A DNA stretch of 64,000 bases from Candidatus Entotheonellaceae bacterium (GTDB lineage Bacteria; Tectomicrobia; Entotheonellia; Entotheonellales; Entotheonellaceae), in assembly GCA_965238075.1 (NCBI GenBank), contig OZ250173.1:992001-1056000 (forward strand). Reading direction: 5' to 3'. Position 1 is the stretch's first letter; every line of letters starts with the position of its first letter. Positions 30,699 to 41,555 of this stretch are shown piece by piece. Made by a program: the position numbers and the translations under genes. The notes below the pieces were generated by a model, which worked only from the letters and a program-made list of their open reading frames with translations, was not told where the DNA came from and made no database searches.

Positions 30699-32342
30699 AT
30701 GAACACGCTGCAAGCCGTAGCGCGACTTTTGAAGGTAGAAGGCGTCGAGTGGGTGGCATGCTTTCCGTCCAATAATCTCATCGAAGAGGTGGCCAACGAA
30801 GGCATCCGTCCCATCATGTTTCGGCAGGAGCGCGGCGCCATGATGGCCGCCGACGGATACAGCCGCATGCACGACCGCAGGAAGTTCGGCGTGGTCATCA
30901 CCCAGGGCGGCCCCGGCTCCGAGAACTCCATGGGCGGCTTGGCCCAGGCGTTCGGCGACAACGTGCCCATCCTCTACCTGCCCGGCGGCCCAGCGGTGAA
31001 CCAGCACGACATCCGGCCCAATTTTTCCCCGGTGCGGACGTACCAGTCGGTGTGCAAATACGGCGAGGTGATCTGGAAACCGGACATGGTCGGCAGCGTC
31101 ATGCGGCGCGCTTTTCACCACCTGCGCAACGGGCGTTCAGGTCCGGTGATCGTCGAGATCCCCGGTGATGTCGGCACCGGCGAGGTACCCGATGCCGTGG
31201 TGCAGAACTACCAGCCGCCCAAGCGCCACCTGCAGGCGCCGTCGGCGGGCGACGTGAAGGACGCCGTCAAGTTGTTATTGGGCGCCCGCAAGCCGCTCAT
31301 CTGGTCCGGCATGGGCACGTTGATGGCGGAAGGCACTGAGGAGTTGCGGGAATTGGCCGAGCTGACGGAAGTGCCGGTCTACTGCACCATGCCCGGCAAG
31401 TCCGGCTTCGACGAGCGCCACCCGCTGGCCCTGGGCTCCGGCAGCGGCGCCACCGGCCTGCACGCGCGGCGCTGGATTCAGGAATCCGACGTGCTGCTCG
31501 CCCTCGGCTCCAGCATGACCCGTACCACCTACGGCCAGCCCATCCCGGACGGCAAGACGATCCTCCACAACACCGAGAGCATCGAGGACATCAACAAGGA
31601 CTTTTCCGCTGCCGTCGGCCTGCCCGGCGATGCCCGCCTCGCCATCCGCATGCTCATCGACGAGGTGAAGGGGCAACTTGGGGAGAACGGCCGCAAGGGG
31701 CAGACCCAAGTCGCCGCGGAGATCGCCGAAGTGAAGCAGCAATGGATGTCCGAGTGGACCGACACCCTGCGCTCCGACGAGGTGCCGGTGACCGCCTACC
31801 GCATCATTGGCGAGCTGGAACGCAACCTCGACAAGGACAACAGTATCGTCACCCACGACGCCGGCACGCCGCGCGACACCATCATGCCGTTCTACACGGC
31901 CACCGTGCCCCACAGCTACGTCGGCTGGGGCAAGACCACCCACCTCGGCTACGGCATCCCGCTGATGATCGGTGCGAAGCTCGCCAAGCCCGACAAGTTC
32001 TGCCTCAATTTCATGGGTGACGGCGCCTTCGGCATGTCCGGCCTGGACATCGAAACGTCCGTGCGTGCGGGTGCTCCCATCACCACCATCGTGCTGAACA
32101 ACGGCGACATGGCGACCTACCCCACCGGCTACCAAACGGCGCGCGAGGTGTTCAACGTCACCTCCATGACGGGCGATTACGCCAAGATCGCCGAGGGCAT
32201 GGGGGCCGTGGGCATTACCGTCACGCAGCCCGACGAAGTGGCCGGCGCCCTGCAAAAGGCGCAGCAACTCAACGCCGAGGGCCGCACGGTGCTACTGGAC
32301 ATCCACACCAACTTCGAGGCGCGCCGCTCGCGTTTTGACTAG
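30699..32342 (+). CDS. Thiamine pyrophosphate-requiring enzyme (acetolactate synthase-like)
   Basis: RQERGAMMAADGYSR, GPGSEN, GDGAFGM...LNN TPP motif; GGGAGG RBS. The 1207-aa track ORF is over-extended at its 5' end. Confidence 0.9.
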   Translation: MNTLQAVARLLKVEGVEWVACFPSNNLIEEVANEGIRPIMFRQERGAMMAADGYSRMHDRRKFGVVITQGGPGSENSMGGLAQAFGDNVPILYLPGGPAVNQHDIRPNFSPVRTYQSVCKYGEVIWKPDMVGSVMRRAFHHLRNGRSGPVIVEIPGDVGTGEVPDAVVQNYQPPKRHLQAPSAGDVKDAVKLLLGARKPLIWSGMGTLMAEGTEELRELAELTEVPVYCTMPGKSGFDERHPLALGSGSGATGLHARRWIQESDVLLALGSSMTRTTYGQPIPDGKTILHNTESIEDINKDFSAAVGLPGDARLAIRMLIDEVKGQLGENGRKGQTQVAAEIAEVKQQWMSEWTDTLRSDEVPVTAYRIIGELERNLDKDNSIVTHDAGTPRDTIMPFYTATVPHSYVGWGKTTHLGYGIPLMIGAKLAKPDKFCLNFMGDGAFGMSGLDIETSVRAGAPITTIVLNNGDMATYPTGYQTAREVFNVTSMTGDYAKIAEGMGAVGITVTQPDEVAGALQKAQQLNAEGRTVLLDIHTNFEARRSRFD

Positions 32343-32449
32343 GGGGCTACGCTCCTCCAACAAGTAAGGTTTACGAAACGCTTGGAAGACTTGGGACAGG
32401 AAATTGATTGCCGGAATGGAACCCTTCATTCACGCAACCGGAGACACCC

Positions 32450-32803
32450 ATGCTGAGCTAGCACCGCGTTGCCACCGCTCAAGCGTTTCTCGGCATCTCC
32501 GATCGTGAGTTCGAGGCCGGTGACCGGCTACAGGCCTCAGAAAAGCTCTGGGGTGCTGCTTCCCATGCCGCGATGGCCGTTGCCTGCCATCGCGGCTGGG
32601 GCCATCGTACCCGTCGTGACCTGAAAAACGCCGTGCAGCGGCTTGCCCAAGAGTCCGGCGACGACGCGTTGCACGCCGGTTTTCTGGCCGCGGAAAAGTT
32701 CCACAAGAACTTCTACCACGATGAGATGGAAGACTTCGAAATAGAGATCGAACGTCCATTGATTCATATCTTCGTTGCCCGCACCCTGGCCCTGCTGGAA
32801 TAG
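32450..32803 (+). pseudogene. PaREP1-family (HEPN-like) gene with premature TAG at codon 4
   Basis: GGAG RBS, then ATG CTG AGC TAG, continuing in frame as HRVATAQAFLGISDREFEAGDRLQASEKLWGAASHA...FHKNFYHD. Confidence 0.72.
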
Positions 32804-32852
32804 CCGTGCACACCGATTAATACGAATACTGAACGGCTGTAGGAGCTTGCAA

Positions 32853-33464
32853 CTAACGCCCCAGCGCAAAGAACGCCTCGTTGGGGCGCATGTTGGTCAG
32901 GTGGGCCAGCCGGTTGGACATGGCGAAGAGCGCCGTGATGGCGCCGATGTCCCAGATATCCTCGTCCGAAAATCCCGCCCCGCGCAAGATCTGCACGTCT
33001 GCTTCCTCAATTTGCTCGGGCTGGCGCGCCATCTTGAGGGCGAAATCCAGCATGGCCCGCTGCCGCGCCGTGATGTCTGCGTGACGGTAGTTCACCGTAA
33101 GTTCGTCGGCCAAAATGGAGTTCTTGGCGTAAATGCGCAGCACGGCGCCGTGCGCCACGACGCAGTACGGGCAGCCGTTAGCGGCGCTGGTGGCTACCAC
33201 GATCATCTCGCGCTCGGCCTTGGACAGGCCGCTGTCGCGCAGCATGAGGGCGTCGTAGTAGGCGAAAAAGGCGCGAAATTCGTCCGGCCGGTGCGCCAGG
33301 ACGAGGAAAACGTTGGGGATGAAGCCGGTTTTGGCCTGCACCTCGACAATGCGTTCTTGCAGGTCAGCGGGCAGGTCGTCAAGGGCCGGCACCGGGTAGC
33401 GGCTGATCGGCTTCTCGACCGCGGCAGGTTGGCGCTTGCGTTTTGGCATTGTACGGCTGGCCAT
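32853..33464 (-). CDS. AhpD-like peroxidase-related enzyme
   Basis: GFIPNVF, EREMIVVATSAANGCPYCVVAHG. Confidence 0.92.
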   Translation of the reverse strand: MASRTMPKRKRQPAAVEKPISRYPVPALDDLPADLQERIVEVQAKTGFIPNVFLVLAHRPDEFRAFFAYYDALMLRDSGLSKAEREMIVVATSAANGCPYCVVAHGAVLRIYAKNSILADELTVNYRHADITARQRAMLDFALKMARQPEQIEEADVQILRGAGFSDEDIWDIGAITALFAMSNRLAHLTNMRPNEAFFALGR

Positions 33465-33491
33465 GATCCGTCCTTCGTGTGTGCGGGGCTG

Positions 33492-35399
33492 TCAGGGGTT
33501 GCGGAGGATGCGTTTGTCCCCGGTGCGTAGGGTAATGCGCTGACCGTCGAAATGTTCCAGCAGCGGGATGGCGTACTTGCGGGATATTTCCAGCATGTCC
33601 CGAAACTTGCCGGCGGTAATTTCCCGGTGTGCTTCCAGGTGGGCGCGCAGGCGCTGCTCGATTTGGTCCAGCGCCTCCTTGTGGTAGAACACGTCGCCCT
33701 TCAAGCGCACCAGCCGGTTCTGATCTACCAGCACTTGCAGCAGGGCACGCGCGTCAGCGGGTTTGGAACTCTGCGCCGCCAGGGCTTCCTCGACGCTCGG
33801 TGGCTGAAAGGCGGCTTCCTGAAAGGTGTGTTCCAGGGCATCGACCAGCGCCTGCCGCTCGGGCGACAGCGTGACCGCGTGACTGGCCAGCTTCACCTTG
33901 TCGCGGCTGACCTCGAGCTCACCGGCGGCGGTCAGGTCGCGCAGGATGGCGCTGAACACCTTATCCGCCATGCGCGGAAATTTGCTGCGCAACTCCTCGG
34001 TGAACATGGCCGGCTTGAGCGGGTTGTGAAGGTGAAAGTCCGCCACCAACCCTCGCATCTCGGCGCAGGCCTGGTTGTAGCGTTCACGGTGCAGCAGCCA
34101 CGGTGGGTTGTCGTCGATCGCCACGCCGACGCCCTGCTCGGTGACCTCGGCAACCACTCGGCGCAGGACGTCGTCCTCCAATGGGGTGCGTTGCACGAGC
34201 TCCGGCCATTGCAGGCCGGCGTACCCGGCGTTGAACAGGTGCACGCTCAGCACCTCGGCGTCCTTGCCGTCGCGCAGCACGACAAGTTGGTCGAGAACCT
34301 GCGGGCGATGGCGCCGGTGCCGCACGGGCACGGCGTCCAGAATGACGCCGCCGCCGATGGTACGGATGGGCGAATAGCTGCGAATCACGTAGCGGTCCCG
34401 CGCCGCGGCAACCGTCGGTTGCTCCAGGTGCAGCTGCGCGCACACCTCCTCGCCGGGCCGCATCTCGTCGCGGTCGAGCAGCATGACACGCCCCATGATC
34501 TCGCTGGTGCCGATGTGGAAACGGACGCGGGCGCGGTGCTTCAGAGCACGCGGCGCGTCGTCCAGAAGTTTCAGCGTCACGTCCAGCATGTAGGTGGTGG
34601 GAAAACGCCCCGGCGTTGCCAGCACGTCGCCGCGCTGCAGGTCGTCCAATTCGACGCCCTGCAAGTTGACCGCGGTTCGCTGTCCGGCGACTGCCTCGCT
34701 GACCGTCCGGCTGTGCGCTTGCAGACCGCGCACCCGCGCCAGTTCACGCTTCGGCAACACCTCCAGGCGATCCTCAAGCCGCACGCTGCCGGAAAACAGG
34801 GTGCCCGTCACGACGGCGCCGAAACCGCGCATGGTGAACACGCGGTCGATGGGCAGACGCACCGGGCCGCCGGAAGTGCGCGGGCTGAGCGCTTGACAGG
34901 CGTTGCGCAACGCTTGCAGAAGAGCCTCCAGCCCCTCGCCGGTGCGTGAGGACAGCGGTACGATCGGCTTGCCTTCCAGAAACGTGCCGCGCAGGAATTC
35001 GGCGGTGTCGTCGCGTACCAGCTCCAACCACTCCGCCTCCACCATATCCGTCTTGGTGAGCGCCACCAGACCCGCCTGCACCCGCAACAGCTCGCAGATG
35101 GCCAGGTGCTCGCGCGTCTGCGGCATGACACCCTCGTCGGCAGCGATGACCAACAGCACGAGATCAATGCCGCCAACCCCCGCCAGCATGTTTTTGACGA
35201 ACCGCTCGTGGCCCGGCACGTCGACGATGCCCAGCTGCACCTCGTCCGTCAGGTTGAGGAAGGCGAAGCCGAGGTCGATGGTGATCCCCCGCTCCTTTTC
35301 CTCCTTGAGGCGGTCGGTGTCGATGTCGGTGAGGGCTTTGATGAGGCTGGTCTTGCCGTGGTCGATGTGGCCGGCGGTACCCAGGACGATTTGTTTCAT
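33492..35399 (-). CDS. selB: Selenocysteine-specific elongation factor
   Basis: [29 protein letters not shown]-terminal winged helix [13 protein letters not shown]. Confidence 0.97.
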   Translation of the reverse strand: MKQIVLGTAGHIDHGKTSLIKALTDIDTDRLKEEKERGITIDLGFAFLNLTDEVQLGIVDVPGHERFVKNMLAGVGGIDLVLLVIAADEGVMPQTREHLAICELLRVQAGLVALTKTDMVEAEWLELVRDDTAEFLRGTFLEGKPIVPLSSRTGEGLEALLQALRNACQALSPRTSGGPVRLPIDRVFTMRGFGAVVTGTLFSGSVRLEDRLEVLPKRELARVRGLQAHSRTVSEAVAGQRTAVNLQGVELDDLQRGDVLATPGRFPTTYMLDVTLKLLDDAPRALKHRARVRFHIGTSEIMGRVMLLDRDEMRPGEEVCAQLHLEQPTVAAARDRYVIRSYSPIRTIGGGVILDAVPVRHRRHRPQVLDQLVVLRDGKDAEVLSVHLFNAGYAGLQWPELVQRTPLEDDVLRRVVAEVTEQGVGVAIDDNPPWLLHRERYNQACAEMRGLVADFHLHNPLKPAMFTEELRSKFPRMADKVFSAILRDLTAAGELEVSRDKVKLASHAVTLSPERQALVDALEHTFQEAAFQPPSVEEALAAQSSKPADARALLQVLVDQNRLVRLKGDVFYHKEALDQIEQRLRAHLEAHREITAGKFRDMLEISRKYAIPLLEHFDGQRITLRTGDKRILRNP

Positions 35400-36832
35400 G
35401 GCGCCGGTACCAGTTCGTGCAGGGCGGCAGCGAGCTCGGGAATTTCGCGCTCCGTAACGGTACGCAAGTCCAGCAGCAGTTGATCTCGCGCGATACGCCC
35501 GATGATAGCCGGCTGACGGCAGCGCAGGCGCCGTTCGAGGCTGCTGACCGAGCAGAATTCCGGCTGCAGCGCCAGCAGCTTAGTGGGCAGAACGGCCATC
35601 GGCAGGGCGCCGCCGCCCACGGCTGAGGTGCCGTCGATCACGCGGGGCCGGTAGGCGGCGGCGCTGCCGGCCGGCAGCAGGCGCCGCAGCCGCCGAATGC
35701 GCCGGGCGACGTCGCGCGGCGACAGGCCGAGCATCGCCAGGGTGGGAATCTGCCGCCGCGCCGTTTGCGGGTCGGCGTACAGCTTCAGCGTGGCTTCGAG
35801 CGCCGCCACCGTGAACTTGTCCACCCGCACGGCGCGGTGCATCGGATGGCGCCGCAATTGATCGACGCAGGCGGCCTTGCCCACCACGATGCCGGCCTGC
35901 GGGCCGCCCAGCAGCTTGTCGCCGCTGAACGTCACCACATCGACGCCGCTGGCGACCACCTCGTTGACTGTTGGCTCGTCGTGCAAGCCGTACGGTTGCA
36001 GATCGACCAGCGTGCCGCTGCCCAGGTCCTCCATGACAGGCAGGCCGTGCTCGCGGCCCAGCGCGACCAATTCGTGCCGCGGCACCTCGGCGGTAAAGCC
36101 GACGATGCGATAATTGCTGGTGTGCACCCGCAACAACAGCGCGGTGTCGGCCGAAATGCCGGCGGCGTAATCCCGCAGATGTGTCTTGTTGGTGCTGCCG
36201 ACCTCGCGCAGGACGGCGCCGCTGCTGCGCATGATGTCGGGAATGCGGAACGAGCCGCCGATTTCGATGAGCTGGCCGCGCGACACGATCACCTCCCTGC
36301 CCTTGGCCAGCGCCTGCAGGGCCAAGTACACCGCCGCGGCATTGTTGTTGACCACCAGAGCGGCCTCGGCGCCGGTGAGGGAACGCAGGCGCCCTTCAAG
36401 GTGCCCGTAGCGGGTGCCGCGCTCGCCGAGCTCAACGTCGTACTCGAGGTTGCTGTAGGCGGCGGCCACCGTCCGCATGTTGTCCACCGCCGCGTCGGCC
36501 AGCAGCGAGCGCCCGAGATTGGTGTGCACGATGACCCCGGTGGCGTTGATGAGGGGCTGCAGTTCGCGGGCTTGCGCGGCGCCCAGGATGGCCTCCACCT
36601 GCGACAGCACGGCGGCCGAGCCGACGGGCAAGGCGGCCAAAGCGGCCTCTTCGGTGGTTTGCAGAATGCTGCGTCGGGTGGCTTCCAGCGCCTGGCGGAC
36701 AGCGTCCGTCACGGTTTGCCGCGACAGTCGGGCCTGCCAGTGTTGCGCTTGCGGCGTGCGCAGGAGTTCATCGACCGCCGGCAAACGGCGAAGATAGGAT
36801 AGGTGCACGTTGCCGGCGGGTTCGGAAGGCAT
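35396..36832 (-). CDS. selA: L-seryl-tRNA(Sec) selenium transferase
   Basis: [49 protein letters not shown] overlap with selB. Start approximate. Confidence 0.96.
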   Translation of the reverse strand: MPSEPAGNVHLSYLRRLPAVDELLRTPQAQHWQARLSRQTVTDAVRQALEATRRSILQTTEEAALAALPVGSAAVLSQVEAILGAAQARELQPLINATGVIVHTNLGRSLLADAAVDNMRTVAAAYSNLEYDVELGERGTRYGHLEGRLRSLTGAEAALVVNNNAAAVYLALQALAKGREVIVSRGQLIEIGGSFRIPDIMRSSGAVLREVGSTNKTHLRDYAAGISADTALLLRVHTSNYRIVGFTAEVPRHELVALGREHGLPVMEDLGSGTLVDLQPYGLHDEPTVNEVVASGVDVVTFSGDKLLGGPQAGIVVGKAACVDQLRRHPMHRAVRVDKFTVAALEATLKLYADPQTARRQIPTLAMLGLSPRDVARRIRRLRRLLPAGSAAAYRPRVIDGTSAVGGGALPMAVLPTKLLALQPEFCSVSSLERRLRCRQPAIIGRIARDQLLLDLRTVTEREIPELAAALHELVPAP

Positions 36833-37057
36833 GGTCGAATCCTGTAAACGCGTGTCGGTCGCTTCTACGGAGGCAAGCATTGTAGCGTCTCGCATGGTGG
36901 AATGCCAGCCGCCCCGCGCGCTGCCGGGACGCTCCGCGACCCGTCTGGCGCCGCCGTCATGGCGGGGAAATTCGCGTTGACGCGCCCCGGCGCCAACCCT
37001 ACAATTAGCCAATCTCAGACCAACCGCACAGCCCCTCGGAAACGAAGGATTGTCCCC

Positions 37058-37816
37058 ATGTCCAAGGCGCCGCCAGCCTCTATTCGATTGCAGAAGGTCA
37101 TCGCACAGGCCGGCTTGGCCTCGCGCCGCAGAGCCGAGGAGATGATCCGGCAGGGGCGTGTGCGCGTCAACGGCCACCTGGTAACCGCCCTCGGCACAAC
37201 GGTCGACGCCAACCGCGATGACGTCGTGGTGGACGGTCGCCGGCTGCGCCCGCGGGCGCCGATGCGCTACATGATTCTGCACAAGCCGACCGGTTACGTC
37301 ACCACCGCCGACGACGAGAAGGGCCGCCCTACCGTGTTCGACCTGCTGAAACGCCAGCCAGTGCGCCTGTTTCCGGTCGGACGCCTGGACTTCAATACCG
37401 AAGGGTTGCTGCTGCTGACCAACGACGGCCCGCTGGCGAATCGTCTGCTGCACCCGCGCTACGGTACGCCGCGCGTCTACCTGGTACGCGTCAACGGCAC
37501 GGTAGCCGAAAGGGACCTCGAAACCATGCGGCGCGGCGTCGATCTGTCCGACGGCAGGACCTCGCCCGCGCAGGTACACGTGGTGCGGCGCTTTGAGAAG
37601 ACCTGCTGGTTGCGGATCACGCTGCGCGAGGGGAAAAATCGGCAGGTCCACCGCATGCTGGAACGTTGCGGCGGCTACGGTATTCGGAAGTTGCAGCGCG
37701 TTGGCCTGGGACCCCTGACCCTCGCCGGTCTCGCCCCGGGCCAGTTTCGCTTTCTCGATTCGTTTGAAGTGGACCGGTTGTACCAATCCTGTGGCCTCGA
37801 CAAAGCAGCGCCATAA
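37058..37816 (+). CDS. rluB: rRNA pseudouridine synthase (RluB/RsuA family, S4 domain)
   Basis: RLQKVIAQAGLASRRRAE, VGRLDFNTEGLLLLTNDG, EGKNRQV. Confidence 0.88.
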   Translation: MSKAPPASIRLQKVIAQAGLASRRRAEEMIRQGRVRVNGHLVTALGTTVDANRDDVVVDGRRLRPRAPMRYMILHKPTGYVTTADDEKGRPTVFDLLKRQPVRLFPVGRLDFNTEGLLLLTNDGPLANRLLHPRYGTPRVYLVRVNGTVAERDLETMRRGVDLSDGRTSPAQVHVVRRFEKTCWLRITLREGKNRQVHRMLERCGGYGIRKLQRVGLGPLTLAGLAPGQFRFLDSFEVDRLYQSCGLDKAAP

Positions 37817-37838
37817 GCGCCGAGGCGGGGGAACACGG

Positions 37839-38738
37839 ATGCGCAAGACGATAATCGGACTGATCCTGCTGCTGTTGTCGGCGGCGTCGAACGGCTTTGC
37901 TGCCCCCTCGTGGACCTATCAGGTTGAGGGCGTCGGGGCCATCGTGTCGTCGGACCAGGCGGCGGCGCGGCAGCAAGCGGTTCGTGTGGCGCTGCGCGAG
38001 GCACTGGAAGAGGCCGTCCTGAACGTGCTCGGCACCGATGCGGTGGTGGCCAATATCCATGTGCTGAACGAGCGTTTGTACGCCGAGCCGTGGCCGTACA
38101 TCGCCAGCTACCGCGTGCTGTGGGAATACCCCGACGCGCCGGGCAAGGTCTACCGCGTCCGCCTGGAGGCAGAAGTCGCCTCGACAAAGGTGCGGCAAGC
38201 GCTGGCGGTGTTGGATTCGTCGGTCGCTGCGGTCGATCCGGGACGGCTGCCGGAAGATGACGCCGGACGGCTGGCCATCCTGATTACGGAGCGTCGCCTC
38301 GGCCAGGCAACATCGACGTGGTGGGCCGAGCGCGGCGTCGTCACCCGCACGCTGCGCTCGCAGCTGGCGGAACGCGGCGTGCGCATCGGCGAGTTGGAGC
38401 CCGGTCTGCATTGGGACGGCACCGAGGGCGCAGCCCTGAAAGCGGCGCGCGAGGCCGAGGTCGCCATGCTGCTGGTCGGTCATGCCGGGGTGCAACAGAT
38501 TTACAATGCGCTGTCCGGTTCCACCGTGCACGCCACGTTGCAACTGCGCGTTCTGGATACCCCCACGGGCGGCGTGCTGGCGCAGGAGTGGGGTGAAGCA
38601 AATGTGAATGGCACCCAATCCAGGCAGGCCGGCGCCCTTGCCCTCGAACAGGCGGCCCGCACGGTCGTGCCTCGGCTGATGGCGTTCCTGAGCGCTGCCC
38701 TGCAACCCACCCCGCCGGATTCGGCGGCGACGCCCTAG
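37839..38738 (+). CDS. Exported hypothetical protein (FlgT N-terminal-like)
   Basis: Signal peptide; VEGVG...ARQQAVRVALREALEEA pattern. Confidence 0.6.
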   Translation: MRKTIIGLILLLLSAASNGFAAPSWTYQVEGVGAIVSSDQAAARQQAVRVALREALEEAVLNVLGTDAVVANIHVLNERLYAEPWPYIASYRVLWEYPDAPGKVYRVRLEAEVASTKVRQALAVLDSSVAAVDPGRLPEDDAGRLAILITERRLGQATSTWWAERGVVTRTLRSQLAERGVRIGELEPGLHWDGTEGAALKAAREAEVAMLLVGHAGVQQIYNALSGSTVHATLQLRVLDTPTGGVLAQEWGEANVNGTQSRQAGALALEQAARTVVPRLMAFLSAALQPTPPDSAATP

Positions 38739-38761
38739 ACCCTGGAGCACAGGCGCTACCT

Positions 38762-39640
38762 ATGCAAAGCATGACCGGCTACGGCCGCAGTGACGTGCAC
38801 GACGACCGGCTGGCCCTGACCATAGAGGCCAAGTCGGTCAACCACCGCTATCTCGACGTCGCCTGGCACTACCCTCGCACGTACGCGCCCCTCGAAGCGC
38901 GGATGAAACAACTCGTCAGTCAGCATTTCGCACGCGGCCGTATCGACATCCGCATCACCCTGGGCAAGAACGGCGATGCCTCCCGCACCGTGACGCCGGA
39001 TTACGCCCTGGCCCAACAGTATTACGAGGCGCTGCGGGAGTTGCAGTACCGCTTGGGGGCGCCGGGCACCGTCGACTTGAGCCTGCTCATGGGCCTGCGC
39101 GACGTGCTCAAGGTCAGCGAGAACGCGCCGGCGGACGTGGAGGCCGACTGGCCGCTCATTGCCGAGGGGCTGGCAGCGGCGCTTGCGGCGCTTAAGGCCA
39201 TGCGGCTGCAGGAAGGCGCCTTTCTGCGCGGGGATCTGAGCGCGCGCATGCAGGCGGTGGCGCAACAGGCGGCGCTCATCCGGCAGCGCCTGCCGCAGAT
39301 GTTGACGGACTATCTGCAACGTCTGGAACAGCGGCTCAAAGAATGGTTTGAACGCGTCGCCCTGGACGCCGCACGCTTGGCGCAGGAAGCGGTCCTGTTT
39401 GCCGAGCGCGGCGACGTCACCGAGGAGTTGACGCGCTTGGAGGCGCACTTGCAGGCCACGCAGACGCTGTTGGCCTCCGGCGAGACGGTGGGCCGCAGGG
39501 TCGATTTTCTGGTGCAGGAAATGCGTCGCGAGATCGAAACGATCGCCGCCAAGGCCAACGACCTGACGATTTCGCATTGCGTGGTGGAGATCAAGAGTGA
39601 GCTGGAGCGCTGCCGCGAGCAGATCCAGAACATCGAATAG
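38762..39640 (+). CDS. yicC: YicC/YloC family endoribonuclease
   Basis: MQSMTGYG, KSVNHRYLD, DVTEELTRL, REQIQNIE. Confidence 0.93.
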   Translation: MQSMTGYGRSDVHDDRLALTIEAKSVNHRYLDVAWHYPRTYAPLEARMKQLVSQHFARGRIDIRITLGKNGDASRTVTPDYALAQQYYEALRELQYRLGAPGTVDLSLLMGLRDVLKVSENAPADVEADWPLIAEGLAAALAALKAMRLQEGAFLRGDLSARMQAVAQQAALIRQRLPQMLTDYLQRLEQRLKEWFERVALDAARLAQEAVLFAERGDVTEELTRLEAHLQATQTLLASGETVGRRVDFLVQEMRREIETIAAKANDLTISHCVVEIKSELERCREQIQNIE

Positions 39641-39685
39641 CCGATGCGGAGTTGGGCCGGCCGGCTGCGCGTCACGGGACACCAG

Positions 39686-40315
39686 ATGAGCCGCAAGGGA
39701 ATCCTGTTCGTGATATCGGCACCCTCCGGCGTCGGCAAGACGTCGTTGTGCGAGGCGTTATGCGCCGACGTGGACGACGTGGTGCGCTCCGTCTCCTGCA
39801 CTACGCGCGCGCCGCGGGCGCAGGAACAAGACGGCCTTGACTATCACTTCATCAGCGCGCAACAGTTTGCCGAGCGTGTGGCGGCCGGCGATTTCCTGGA
39901 GTGGGCCTGCGTGCACCGGCACCGCTACGGCACGCTGCGGCAGCCCATCGACAAGGCCGCGGCCGCCGGCAAGGACGTCCTGCTGGTCATCGACGTGCAG
40001 GGCGCCGCGCAGTTGCGCGGCGCCGGTATCGATGCGGTGCACGTCTTCGTGCTGCCGCCCTCGTGGCAGACGCTGGAAGAACGGCTGGCGGGGCGCGAGC
40101 CCGGCGCCAAAGCAGCACGCTCAAGGCTGGCCAGCGAGAGGCTGGCGGTCGCCCGGCAGGAAAGCGCCCAATACGCAGCGTATGATTACGTGCTGATCAA
40201 CGACTGCTTTGCCGAAGCGCTTGCGGCGCTGAAGGCCATCGTCCTCGCGGAGCGCCACCGTGTTCGGCACGCTAATCCGGCACCCATCCGACAACTCCTG
40301 AACAGCGGTGCGTAA
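39686..40315 (+). CDS. gmk: Guanylate kinase
   Basis: SAPSGVGKT, TTRAPR, DYHF, IDVQGA. Confidence 0.94.
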   Translation: MSRKGILFVISAPSGVGKTSLCEALCADVDDVVRSVSCTTRAPRAQEQDGLDYHFISAQQFAERVAAGDFLEWACVHRHRYGTLRQPIDKAAAAGKDVLLVIDVQGAAQLRGAGIDAVHVFVLPPSWQTLEERLAGREPGAKAARSRLASERLAVARQESAQYAAYDYVLINDCFAEALAALKAIVLAERHRVRHANPAPIRQLLNSGA

Positions 40316-40331
40316 GGTGGGAGTTTCAACC

Positions 40332-41555
40332 ATGCTGCAGGACAAAACCATCTTGCTCGGCGTTGGCGGCGGGCCGTTGACCTCGACGGCCGTCGAGGTG
40401 CTGCGTACCCTGCAGCGCGCCGGCGCCGGCGTGCGGGTCGTGATCAGCGCCGAGACCGAAACCTTTGTGCCGGGCCTGACCTTCCGCAGTCTCGCCGACG
40501 GCGACGTGATTATGCCCGGCGACCTGTACGGCCGGATGGGCGCGCAGGACTTCCATTCCCTGCACGGCCTGGTAAAGAATGCCGACGGCTTGGTGGTGGT
40601 GCCCGCCACCCCGGCGCTGATCGCCAAGGCGGCGGCCGGCTTGGCCGACGAGGCCCTGGTGCGAGCGATGCTGCTGCACGACGGGCCGACGGTGTTCGCC
40701 TTCGCCGCGCGCGCCGCCGAGTACCAGCACCCGCTGGCGCGGCAGAACGTGCAGCGCCTACGCGACGCCGGGATGATCCTGTGCGACGCCGGGGTGGCGG
40801 AAACGGACGACGCTGCGGACGAGCTGGGCTGGAACATCGCTGCCGCAACCGTGGTCGAGGCCGTCGCCGCGGCGCTGCGGCAGACGACCGTTCTGAGCGG
40901 CAAGACGGTGATCATCACCGCCGGCCCCACGCAAGAGCCGATCGACCCGGTGCGCCACATCTCCAACACGTCTTCCGGCAAGACCGGCTTTGCCCTCGCT
41001 GAGGCAGCCCGGCAACGCGGCGCCGAGGTCGTACTGATCACCGGCCCCACGCACTTGCAGGCGCCGGCCGGCGTCACCTGTGTCCCGGTCCGCACGGCGG
41101 TGCAGATGCGCGACGCGGTGCGGGAGCACGTCGCAGCCGCCGACGTGGTCATCAAATCGGCGGCCGTGTCGGATTTCCGGCCTGCAATCGCTATCGCCGA
41201 CAAGATCAAGAAGGAGGACGCGACCCTGAGCATCACGCTCGAACGCAACCCCGACATTCTGGCCGAGTTGGGCGCCGCAAAAGGCAACCGCGTGCTGGTT
41301 GGCTTCGCTGCCGAAACGCGCGACCTGCTGGCCAACGCGAAGCAAAAAATGAGCAAAAAGGCCCTGGACCTGATCGTGGCCAATGACGTTAGCGACCCCG
41401 CCATCGGTTTTGCCAGCGACCACAACCGCGTGCACCTGATCGACGCCGCCGGGGGCGTCGAGCCCTTGCCGGTGATGAGCAAGCGCGCCTTGGCGGAGAC
41501 CATTCTCGACCGCGTCCAGGCGGTGCTGGCGCAGCGCCAGGGAGGCAAGGCATGA
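40332..41555 (+). CDS. coaBC: CoaBC fusion (CoaB intact, CoaC domain degenerate)
   Basis: TAGPTQEPIDPVRHISNTSSGKTG, AAVSDF, KIKK, VGFAAET, IVANDV. Confidence 0.9.
   Translation: MLQDKTILLGVGGGPLTSTAVEVLRTLQRAGAGVRVVISAETETFVPGLTFRSLADGDVIMPGDLYGRMGAQDFHSLHGLVKNADGLVVVPATPALIAKAAAGLADEALVRAMLLHDGPTVFAFAARAAEYQHPLARQNVQRLRDAGMILCDAGVAETDDAADELGWNIAAATVVEAVAAALRQTTVLSGKTVIITAGPTQEPIDPVRHISNTSSGKTGFALAEAARQRGAEVVLITGPTHLQAPAGVTCVPVRTAVQMRDAVREHVAAADVVIKSAAVSDFRPAIAIADKIKKEDATLSITLERNPDILAELGAAKGNRVLVGFAAETRDLLANAKQKMSKKALDLIVANDVSDPAIGFASDHNRVHLIDAAGGVEPLPVMSKRALAETILDRVQAVLAQRQGGKA

Noticed and set aside
32459-32461. Pyrrolysine readthrough of the PaREP1 TAG
   Set aside because: No pyl genes seen, the position is not catalytic, and TAG is used as a normal stop elsewhere in the window.
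33400-37060. tRNA-Sec (selC) or selD next to selAB
   Set aside because: I found no UCA-anticodon cloverleaf or SelD motifs here or in other spacers; presumably elsewhere in the genome.
36833-37846. Apparent N-terminal extension of SelA (816-aa ORF)
   Set aside because: Largely antisense to the pseudouridine synthase gene; SelA similarity begins near 36832.
40300-40335. Missing rpoZ between gmk and coaBC
   Set aside because: Only 16 bp separate the genes, so rpoZ is simply not here; its position varies between lineages.
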